A stretch of DNA of 64,000 nucleotides, taken from Paragordius varius (taxonomy: Eukaryota; Animalia; Nematomorpha). Below are positions 27,141-39,400 of this stretch, in pieces. The notes under the pieces were generated by a model. That model was not told the origin of the DNA, made no database searches, and saw nothing but the letters and a program-made list of their open reading frames with translations. The DNA lies in contig OZ176051.1 of assembly GCA_964247055.1 (NCBI GenBank), forward strand, positions 682,001 to 746,000, written 5' to 3'. Positions within the stretch are counted from its first letter, which is position 1. Every line of letters starts with the position of its first letter. A program made the position numbers and the translations under genes.

Positions 27141-29789
27141 GGACTACATCAAAATATAGAGATAGTTTGACAAACTCTTTCATATCCGATTTTTACAACG
27201 ATACTTTAAAAATTATGGTATTAAACCAGTCGCATCAATACTCAAGTTAAACTTTGTCCTTAAAAATCGGATATTGGTCACCGGTGAACAAAATTATTTT
27301 TTATACATTCTCTTAGTAAGACTACATCAAAATATAGAGATAGTTTGACAAACTCTTTCATATCCGATTTTTACAACGATACTTTAAAAATTAATGTATA
27401 AAACTAGTCGTATCAATAAATCGCATCAATACTCAAGTTAAACTTTCTCCTTAAAAATCGGATATTGATCACCGGTGAACAATTATACATTCTCTTAGTA
27501 GGACTACATCAAAATATAGAGATAGTTTGGCAAACTCTTTCATATCCGATTTTTACAACGATACTTTAAAAATTATGGTATTAAACCTCGCATCAATACT
27601 CAAGTTGAACTTTGTCCTTAAAAATCGGATATTGGTCACCGGTGAACAAAACTATTTTTTTTACATTCTCTTAGTAAGACTACATCAAAATATAGAGATT
27701 ATTAGACAAACTCTTTCATATCCGATTTTTACAACGATACTTTAAAAATTAATGTATAAAACTAGTCGCATCAATACTCAAGTTAAACTTTGTCCTTAAA
27801 AATCGGATATTGGTCACCGGTGAACAAAATTATTTTTTATACATTCTCTTAGTAAGACTACATCAAAATATAGAGATAATTTGACAAACTCTTTCATATC
27901 CGATTTTTGCAACGATACTTTAAAAATTAATGTATAAAACTAGGCGTATCAATTAATCGCATCAATACTCAAGTTAAACTTTGTCCTTAAAAATCGGATA
28001 TTGGTCACCGGTGAACAAAATTATTTTTTATACATTCTCTTAGTAGGACTACATCAAAATATAGAGATAGTTTGGCAAACTGTTTCATATCCGATTTTTA
28101 CAACGATACTTTAAAAATTAATGTATAAAACTAGTCGTATCAATAAATCGCATCAATACTCAAGTTAAACTTTCTCCTTAAAAATCGGATATTGATCACC
28201 GGTGAACAAAATTATTTTTTATACATTCTCTTAGTAGGACTACATCAAAATATAGAGATAGTTTGGCAAACTCTTTCATATCCGATTTTTACAACGATAC
28301 TTTAAAAATTATGGTATTAAACCAGTCGCATCAATACTCAAGTTAAACTTTGTCGTTAAAAATCAGATATTGGTCACCGGTGAACAAAATAATTTTTTAC
28401 ACATTCTCTTAGTAAGACTACATATAAAAATATAGAGATAGTTTGACAAACTCTTTCATATCCGATTTTTACAACGATACTTTAAAAATTATGGTATTAA
28501 ACCATATGCATCAATACTCAAGTTAAACTTTGTCCTTAAAAATCGGATATTGGTCACCGGTGAACAAAATTATTTTTTATACATTCTCTTAGTAAGACTA
28601 CATCAAAATATAGAGATAGTTTGACAAACTCTTTCATATCCGATTTTTACAACGATACTTTAAAAATTAATGTATAAAACTAGTCGTATAAATAAATCGC
28701 ATCATTACTCAAGTTAAACTTTCTCCTTAAAAATCGGATATTGGTCACCGGTGAACAAAATTATTTTTTATACATTCTCTTAGTAGGACTACATCAAAAT
28801 ATAGAGATAGTTTGACAAACTCTTTCATATCCGATTTTTACAACGATACTTTAAAAATTATGGTATTAAACCAGTCGCATCAATACTCAAGTTAAACTTT
28901 GTCCTTAAAAATCGGATATTGGTCACCGGTGAACAAAATTATTTTTTATACATTCTCTTAGTAAGACTACATCAAAATATAGAGATAGTTTGACAAACTC
29001 TTTCATATCCGATTTTTGCAACGATACTTTAAAAATTAATGTATTAAAGTAGTCGCATCAATACTCAAGCTAAAACATTGTCCTTAAAAATCGGATATTG
29101 GTCACCGGTGAACAAAACTATTTTTTATACCGTCTCTTAGTAAGACTACATCAAAATATAGAGATAGTTTGACAAACTCTTTCATATCCGATTTTTACAA
29201 CGATACTTTAAAAATTAATGTATAAAACTAGTCGTATAAATAAATCGCATCATTACTCAAGTTAAACTTTCTCCTTAAAAATCGGATATTGGTCACCGGT
29301 GAACAAAATTATTTTTTATACATTCTCTTAGTAGGACTACATCAAAATATAGAGATAGTTTGACAAACTCTTTCATATCCGATTTTTACAACGATACTTT
29401 AAAAATTATGGTATTAAACCAGTCGCATCAATACTCAAGTTAAACTTTGTCCTTAAAAATCGGATATTGGTCACCGGTGAACAAAATTATTTTTTATACA
29501 TTCTCTTAGTAAGACTACATCAAAATATAGAGATAGTTTGACAAACTCTTTCATATCCGATTTTTACAACGATACTTTAAAAATTAATGTATAAAACTAG
29601 TCGTATCAATAAATCGCATCAATACTCAAGTTAAACTTTCTCCTTAAAAATCGGATATTGATCACCGGTGAACAATTATACATTCTCTTAGTAGGACTAC
29701 ATCAAAATATAGAGATAGTTTGGCAAACTCTTTCATATCCGATTTTTACAACGATACTTTAAAAATTATGGTATTAAACCTCGCATCAA

Positions 29790-32700
29790 TACTCAAGTTG
29801 AACTTTGTCCTTAAAAATCGGATATTGGTCACCGGTGAACAAAACTATTTTTTTTACATTCTCTTAGTAAGACTACATCAAAATATAGAGATTATTAGAC
29901 AAACTCTTTCATATCCGATTTTTACAACGATACTTTAAAAATTAATGTATAAAACTAGTCGCATCAATACTCAAGTTAAACTTTGTCCTTAAAAATCGGA
30001 TATTGGTCACCGGTGAACAAAATTATTTTTTATACATTCTCTTAGTAAGACTACATCAAAATATAGAGATAATTTGACAAACTCTTTCATATCCGATTTT
30101 TGCAACGATACTTTAAAAATTAATGTATAAAACTAGGCGTATCAATTAATCGCATCAATACTCAAGTTAAACTTTGTCCTTAAAAATCGGATATTGGTCA
30201 CCGGTGAACAAAATTATTTTTTATACATTCTCTTAGTAGGACTACATCAAAATATAGAGATAGTTTGGCAAACTGTTTCATATCCGATTTTTACAACGAT
30301 ACTTTAAAAATTAATGTATAAAACTAGTCGTATCAATAAATCGCATCAATACTCAAGTTAAACTTTCTCCTTAAAAATCGGATATTGATCACCGGTGAAC
30401 AAAATTATTTTTTATACATTCTCTTAGTAGGACTACATCAAAATATAGAGATAGTTTGGCAAACTCTTTCATATCCGATTTTTACAACGATACTTTAAAA
30501 ATTATGGTATTAAACCAGTCGCATCAATACTCAAGTTAAACTTTGTCGTTAAAAATCAGATATTGGTCACCGGTGAACAAAATAATTTTTTACACATTCT
30601 CTTAGTAAGACTACATATAAAAATATAGAGATAGTTTGACAAACTCTTTCATATCCGATTTTTACAACGATACTTTAAAAATTATGGTATTAAACCATAT
30701 GCATCAATACTCAAGTTAAACTTTGTCCTTAAAAATCGGATATTGGTCACCGGTGAACAAAATTATTTTTTATACATTCTCTTAGTAAGACTACATCAAA
30801 ATATAGAGATAGTTTGACAAACTCTTTCATATCCGATTTTTACAAAGATACTTTAAAAATTATGGTATTAAACCAGTCGCATCAATACTCAAGTTAAACT
30901 TTGTCCTTAAAAATCGGATATTGGTCACCGGTGAACAAAACTATTTTTTTTACATTCTCTTAGTAAGACTACATCAAAATATAGAGATTATTTGACAAAC
31001 TCTTTCATATCCGATTTTTACAACGATACTTTAAAAATTAATGTATAAAACTAGTCGCATCAATACTCAAGTTGAACTTTGTCCTTAAAAATCGGATATT
31101 GGTCACCGGTGAACAAAACTATTTTTTTTACATTCTCTTAGTAAGACTACATCAAAATATAGAGATTATTAGACAAACTCTTTCATATCCGATTTTTACA
31201 ACGATACTTTAAAAATTAATGTATAAAACTAGTCGCATCAATACTCAAGTTAAACTTTGTCCTTAAAAATCGGATATTGGTCACCGGTGAACAAAATTAT
31301 TTTTTATACATTCTCTTAGTAAGACTACATCAAAATATAGAGATAATTTGACAAACTCTTTCATATCCGATTTTTGCAACGATACTTTAAAAATTAATGT
31401 ATAAAACTAGGCGTATCAATTAATCGCATCAATACTCAAGTTAAACTTTGTCCTTAAAAATCGGATATTGGTCACCGGTGAACAAAATTATTTTTTATAC
31501 ATTCTCTTAGTAGGACTACATCAAAATATAGAGATAGTTTGGCAAACTGTTTCATATCCGATTTTTACAACGATACTTTAAAAATTAATGTATAAAACTA
31601 GTCGTATCAATAAATCGCATCAATACTCAAGTTAAACTTTCTCCTTAAAAATCGGATATTGATCACCGGTGAACAAAATTATTTTTTATACATTCTCTTA
31701 GTAGGACTACATCAAAATATAGAGATAGTTTGGCAAACTCTTTCATATCCGATTTTTACAACGATACTTTAAAAATTATGGTATTAAACCAGTCGCATCA
31801 ATACTCAAGTTAAACTTTGTCGTTAAAAATCAGATATTGGTCACCGGTGAACAAAATAATTTTTTACACATTCTCTTAGTAAGACTACATATAAAAATAT
31901 AGAGATAGTTTGACAAACTCTTTCATATCCGATTTTTACAACGATACTTTAAAAATTATGGTATTAAACCATATGCATCAATACTCAAGTTAAACTTTGT
32001 CCTTAAAAATCGGATATTGGTCACCGGTGAACAAAATTATTTTTTATACATTCTCTTAGTAAGACTACATCAAAATATAGAGATAGTTTGACAAACTCTT
32101 TCATATCCGATTTTTACAAAGATACTTTAAAAATTATGGTATTAAACCAGTCGCATCAATACTCAAGTTAAACTTTGTCCTTAAAAATCGGATATTGGTC
32201 ACCGGTGAACAAAACTATTTTTTTTACATTCTCTTAGTAAGACTACATCAAAATATAGAGATTATTTGACAAACTCTTTCATATCCGATTTTTACAACGA
32301 TACTTTAAAAATTAATGTATAAAACTAGTCGCATCAATACTCAAGTTGAACTTTGTCCTTAAAAATCGGATATTGGTCACCGGTGAACAAAACTATTTTT
32401 TTTACATTCTCTTAGTAAGACTACATCAAAATATAGAGATTATTAGACAAACTCTTTCATATCCGATTTTTACAACGATACTTTAAAAATTAATGTATAA
32501 AACTAGTCGCATCAATACTCAAGTTAAACTTTGTCCTTAAAAATCGGATATTGGTCACCGGTGAACAAAATTATTTTTTATACATTCTCTTAGTAAGACT
32601 ACATCAAAATATAGAGATAATTTGACAAACTCTTTCATATCCGATTTTTGCAACGATACTTTAAAAATTAATGTATAAAACTAGGCGTATCAATTAATCG

Positions 32701-33615
32701 CATCAATACTCAAGTTAAACTTTGTCCTTAAAAATCGGATATTGGTCACCGGTGAACAAAATTATTTTTTATACATTCTCTTAGTAGGACTACATCAAAA
32801 TATAGAGATAGTTTGGCAAACTGTTTCATATCCGATTTTTACAACGATACTTTAAAAATTAATGTATAAAACTAGTCGTATCAATAAATCGCATCAATAC
32901 TCAAGTTAAACTTTCTCCTTAAAAATCGGATATTGATCACCGGTGAACAAAATTATTTTTTATACATTCTCTTAGTAGGACTACATCAAAATATAGAGAT
33001 AGTTTGGCAAACTCTTTCATATCCGATTTTTACAACGATACTTTAAAAATTATGGTATTAAACCAGTCGCATCAATACTCAAGTTAAACTTTGTCGTTAA
33101 AAATCAGATATTGGTCACCGGTGAACAAAATAATTTTTTACACATTCTCTTAGTAAGACTACATATAAAAATATAGAGATAGTTTGACAAACTCTTTCAT
33201 ATCCGATTTTTACAACGATACTTTAAAAATTATGGTATTAAACCATATGCATCAATACTCAAGTTAAACTTTGTCCTTAAAAATCGGATATTGGTCACCG
33301 GTGAACAAAATTATTTTTTATACATTCTCTTAGTAAGACTACATCAAAATATAGAGATAGTTTGACAAACTCTTTCATATCCGATTTTTACAAAGATACT
33401 TTAAAAATTATGGTATTAAACCAGTCGCATCAATACTCAAGTTAAACTTTGTCCTTAAAAATCGGATATTGGTCACCGGTGAACAAAACTATTTTTTTTA
33501 CATTCTCTTAGTAAGACTACATCAAAATATAGAGATTATTTGACAAACTCTTTCATATCCGATTTTTACAACGATACTTTAAAAATTAATGTATAAAACT
33601 AGTCGCATCAATACT
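29790..33615 (+). repeat. Local 7-mer higher-order repeat, 1274 bp, 3 copies
   Basis: gttgaac 29797/31071/32345, tgcaac 30101/31375/32649, gtcgtt 30545/31819/33093. Confidence 0.9.
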
Positions 33616-34920
33616 CAAGTTAAACTTTGTCCTTAAAAATCGGATATTGGTCACCGGTGAACAAAATTATATTTTATACATTCTCTTAGTAAGACTACAT
33701 CAAAATATAGAGATAATTTGACAAACTCTTTCATATCCGATTTTTACAACAATAATTTAAAAATTAATGTATAAAACTAGGCGTATCAATTAATCGCATC
33801 ATTACTCAAGTTAAACTTTGTGCTTAAAAATCGATTATTGGTCACCGGTGAACAAAATTATTTTTTATACATTCTCTTAGTAAGACTACATCAAAATATA
33901 GAAATAGTTTGACAAACTCTTTCATATCCGATTTTTGCAACGATACTTTAAAAATTAATGTATTAAAGTAGTCGCATCAATACTCAAGCTAAAACATTGT
34001 CCTTAAAAATCGGATATTGGTCACCGGTGAACAAAACTATTTTTTATACCGTCTCTTAGTAAGACTACATCAAAATATAGAGATAGTTTGACAAACTCTT
34101 TCATATCCGATTTTTACAACGATACTTTAAAAATTAATGTATATAACTAGTCGTATAAATAAATCGCATCATTACTCAAGTTAAACTTTCTCCTTAAAAA
34201 TCGGATATTGGTCACCGGTGAACAAAATTATTTTTTATACATTCTCTTAGTAAGACTACATCAAAATATAGAGATAGTTTGACAAACTCTTTCATATCCG
34301 ATTTTTACAACGATACTTTAAAAATTAATGTATAAAACTAGTCGCATCAATACTCAAGTTAAACTTTGTCCTTAAAAATCGGATATTGGTCACCGGTGAA
34401 CAAAATTATATTTTATACATTCTCTTAGTAAGACTACATCAAAATATAGAGATAATTTGACAAACTCTTTCATATCCGATTTTTACAACAATAATTTAAA
34501 AATTAATGTATAAAACTAGGCGTATCAATTAATCGCATCAATACTCAAGTTAAACTTTGTGCTTAAAAATCGATTATTGGTCACCGGTGAACAAAATTAT
34601 TTTTTATACATTCTCTTAGTAAGACTACATCAAAATATAGAAATAGTTTGACAAACTCTTTCATATCCGATTTTTGCAACGATACTTTAAAAATTAATGT
34701 ATTAAAGTAGTCGCATCAATACTCAAGCTAAAACATTGTCCTTATATAGAGATAGTTTGACAAACTCTTTCATATCCGATTTTTACAACGATACTTTAAA
34801 AATTAATGTATAAAACTAGTCGTATAAATAAATCGCATCATTACTCAAGTTAAACTTTCTCCTTAAAAATCGGATATTGGTCACCGGTGAACAAAATTAT
34901 TTTTTATACATTCTCTTAGT
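33545..34920 (+). repeat. Second instance of the 739-bp tetramer duplication; its second unit carries a 70-bp deletion
   Basis: ataattt 33752/34491 and aagtag 33966/34705. Deletion junction ctta|tatagag at 34744/34745. Confidence 0.85.
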
Positions 34921-37479
34921 AAGACTACATCAAAATATAGAGATAGTTTGGCAAACTCTTTCATATCCGATTTTTACAACGATACTTTAAAAATTATGGT
35001 ATTAAACCAGTCGCATCAATACTCAAGTTAAACTTTGTCCTTAAAAATCGGATATTGGTCACCGGTGAACAAAATTATTTTTTATACATTCTCTTAGTAA
35101 GACTACATCAAAATTTAGAGATAGTTTGACAAACTCTTTCATATCCGATTTTTACAACGATACTTTAAAAATTAATGTATAAAAGTAGTCGCATCAATAC
35201 TCAAGTTAAACTTTGTCCTTAAAAATCGGATATTGGTCACCGGTGAACAAAATTATTTTTTATACATTCTCTTAGTAAGACTACATCAAAATATAGAGAT
35301 AATTTAACAAACTCTTTCATATCCGATTTTTACAACGATACTTTAAAAATTAATGTATAAAACTAGGCGTATCAATAAATCGCATCAATACTCAAGTTAA
35401 ACTTTCTCCTTAAAAATCGGATATTGGTCACCGGTGAACAAAATTATTTTTTATACATTCTCTTAGTAGGACTACATCAAAATATAGAGATAGTTTGACA
35501 AACTCTTTCATATCCGATTTTTACAACGATACTTTAAAAATTATGGTATTAAACCAGTCGCATCAATACTCAAGTTAAACTTTGTCCTTAAAAATCGGAT
35601 ATTGGTCACCGGTGAACAAAATTATTTTTTATACATTCTCTTAGTAAGACTACATCAAAATATAGAGATAGTTTGACAAACTCTTTCATATCCGATTTTT
35701 ACAACGATACTTTAAAAATTAATGTATAAAACAAGTCGTATCAATAAATCGCATCAATACTCAAGTTAAACTTTCTCCTTAAAAATCGGATATTGATCAC
35801 CGGTGAACAATTATACATTCTCTTAGTAGGACTACATCAAAATATAGAGATAGTTTGGCAAACTCTTTCATATCCGATTTTTACAACGATACTTTAAAAA
35901 TTATGGTATTAAACCAGTCGCATCAATACTCAAGTTAAACTTTGTCCTTAAAAATCAGATATTGGTCACCGGTGAACAAAATAATTTTTTATACATTCTC
36001 TTAGTAAGACTACATATAAAAATATATAAATAGTTTGACAAACTCTTTCATATCCGATTTTTACAACGATACTTTAAAAATTATGGTATTAAACCAGTCG
36101 CATCAATACTCAAGTTAAACTTTGTCCTTAAAAATGGGATATTGGTCACCGGTAAACAAAATTATTTTTTATACATTCTCTTAGTAAGACTACATCAAAA
36201 TATAGAGATAGTTTGACAAACTCTTTCATATCCGATTTTTACAACGATACTTTAAAAATTAATGTATAAAACTAGGCGTATCAATAAATCGCATCAATAC
36301 TCAAGTTAAACTTTCTCCTTAAAAATCGGATATTGGTCACCGGTGAACAAAATTATTTTTTATACATTCTCTTAGTAAGACTACATCAAAATATAGAGAT
36401 AGTTTGACAAACTCTTTCATATCCGATTTTTACAAGGATACTTTAAAAATTAATGTATAAAACTAGTCGCATCAATACTCAAGTTAAACTTTGTCCTTAA
36501 AAATCGGATATTGGTCACCGGTGAACAAAATTATTTTTTATACATTCTCTTAGTAAGACTACATCAAAATATAGAGATAGTTTGACAAACTCTTTCATAT
36601 CCGATTTTTACAACGATACTTTAAAAATTAATGTATAAAACTAGGCGTATCAATAAATCGCATCAATACTCAAGTTAAACTTTCTCCTTAAAAATCGGAT
36701 ATTGGTCACCGGTGAACAAAATTATTTTTTATACATTCTCTTAGTAAGACTACATCAAAATATAGAGATAGTTTGACAAACTCTTTCATATCCGATTTTT
36801 ACAACGATACTTTAAAAATTAATGTATAAAACTAGTCGCATCAATACTCAAGTTAAACTTTGTCCTTAAAAATCGGATATTGGTCACCGGTGAACAAAAT
36901 TATTTTTTATACATTCTCTTAGTAAGACTACATCAAAATATAGAGATAATTTGACAAACTCTTTCATATCCGATTTTTACAACGATACTTTAAAAATCAA
37001 TGTATAAATCTAGGCGTATCAATAAATCGCATCAATACTCAAGTTAAACTTTCTCCTTAAAAATCGGATATTGGTCACCGGTGAACAAAATTATTTTTTA
37101 TACATTCTCTTAGTAGGACTACATCAAAATATAGAGATAGTTTGACAAACTCTTTCATATCCGATTTTTACAACGATACTTTAAAAATTATGGTATTAAA
37201 CCAGTCGCATCAATACTCAAGTTAAACTTTGTCCTTAAAAATCGGATATTGGTCACCGGTGAACAAAATTATTTTTTATACATTCTCTTAGTAAGACTAC
37301 ATCAAAATATAGAGATAGTTTGACAAACTCTTTCATATCCGATTTTTACAACGATACTTTAAAAATTAATGCATAAAACTAGTCGTATCAATAAATCGCA
37401 TCAATACTCAAGTTAAACTTTCTCCTTAAAAATCGGATATTGATCACCGGTGAACAAAAATATTTTTTATACATTCTCT

Positions 37480-39400
37480 TAGTAGGACTACATCAAAATA
37501 TAGAGATAGTTTGGCAAACTCTTTCATATCCGATTTTTACAACGATACTTTAAAAATTATGGTATTAAACCAGTCGCATCAATACTCAAGTTAAACTTTG
37601 TCCTTAAAAATCAGATATTGGTCACCGGTGAACAAAATAATTTTTTATACATTCTCTTAGTAAGACTACATCAAAATATAGAGATAGTTTGACAAACTCT
37701 TTCATATCCGATTTTTACAACGATACTTTAAAAATTATGGTATTAAACCAGTCGCATCAATACTCAAGTTAAACACTGTCCTTTAAAATCGGATATTGGT
37801 CACCGGTGAACAAAACTATTTTTTTTACATTCTCTTAGTAAGACTACATCAAAATATAGAGATAATTTAACAAACTCTTTCATATCCGATTTTTACAACG
37901 ATACTTTAAAAATTAATGTATAAAACTAGGCGTATCAATAAATCGCATCAATACTCAAGTTAAACTTTCTCCTTAAAAATCGGATATTGGTCACCGGTGA
38001 ACAAAATTATTTTTTATACATTCTCTTAGTAAGACTACATCAAAATATAGAGATAGTTTGACAAACTCTTTCATATCCGATTTTTACAACGATACTTTAA
38101 AAATTATGGTATTAAACCAGTCGCATCAATACTCAAGTTAAACTTTGTCCTTAAAAATCGGATATTGGTCACCGGTGAACAAAATTATTTTTTATACATT
38201 CTCTTAGTAAGACTACATCAAAATATAGAGATAGTTTGACAAACTCTTTCATATCCGATTTTTACAACGATACTTTAAAAATTAATGTATAAAACTAGTC
38301 GTATCAATAAATCGCATCAATACTCAAGTTAAACTTTCTCCTTAAAAATCGGATATTGATCACCGGTGAACAATTATACATTCTCTTAGTAGGACTACAT
38401 CAAAATATAGAGATAGTTTGGCAAACTCTTTCATATCCGATTTTTACAACGATACTTTAAAAATTATGGTATTAAACCAGTCGCATCAATACTCAAGTTA
38501 AACTTTGTCCTTAAAAATCAGATATTGGTCACCGGTGAACAAAATAATTTTTTATACATTCTCTTAGTAAGACTACATCAAAATATAGAGATAGTTTGAC
38601 AAACTCTTTCATATCCGATTTTTACAACGATACTTTAAAAATTATGGTATTAAACCAGTCGCATCAATACTCAAGTTAAACACTGTCCTTTAAAATCGGA
38701 TATTGGTCACCGGTGAACAAAACTATTTTTTTTACATTCTCTTAGTAAGACTACATCAAAATATAGAGATAATTTAACAAACTCTTTCATATCCGATTTT
38801 TACAACGATACTTTAAAAATTAATGTATAAAACTAGGCGTATCAATAAATCGCATCAATACTCAAGTTAAACTTTCTCCTTAAAAATCGGATATTGGTCA
38901 CCGGTGAACAAAATTATTTTTTATACATTCTCTTAGTAAGACTACATCAAAATATAGAGATAGTTTGACAAACTCTTTCATATCCGATTTTTACAACGAT
39001 ACTTTAAAAATTATGGTATTAAACCAGTCGCATCAATACTCAAGTTAAACTTTGTCCTTAAAAATCGGATATTGGTCACCGGTGAACAAAATTATTTTTT
39101 ATACATTCTCTTAGTAAGACTACATCAAAATATAGAGATAGTTTGACAAACTCTTTCATATCCGATTTTTACAACGATACTTTAAAAATTAATGTATAAA
39201 ACTAGTCGTATCAATAAATCGCATCAATACTCAAGTTAAACTTTCTCCTTAAAAATCGGATATTGATCACCGGTGAACAATTATACATTCTCTTAGTAGG
39301 ACTACATCAAAATATAGAGATAGTTTGGCAAACTCTTTCATATCCGATTTTTACAACGATACTTTAAAAATTATGGTATTAAACCAGTCGCATCAATACT
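37480..39400 (+). repeat. Local pentamer higher-order repeat, 907 bp, about 2 copies
   Basis: cactgtcctttaaa 37774/38681 and 9-bp deletion 38373/39280. 3x178+2x191-9=907. Confidence 0.85.
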
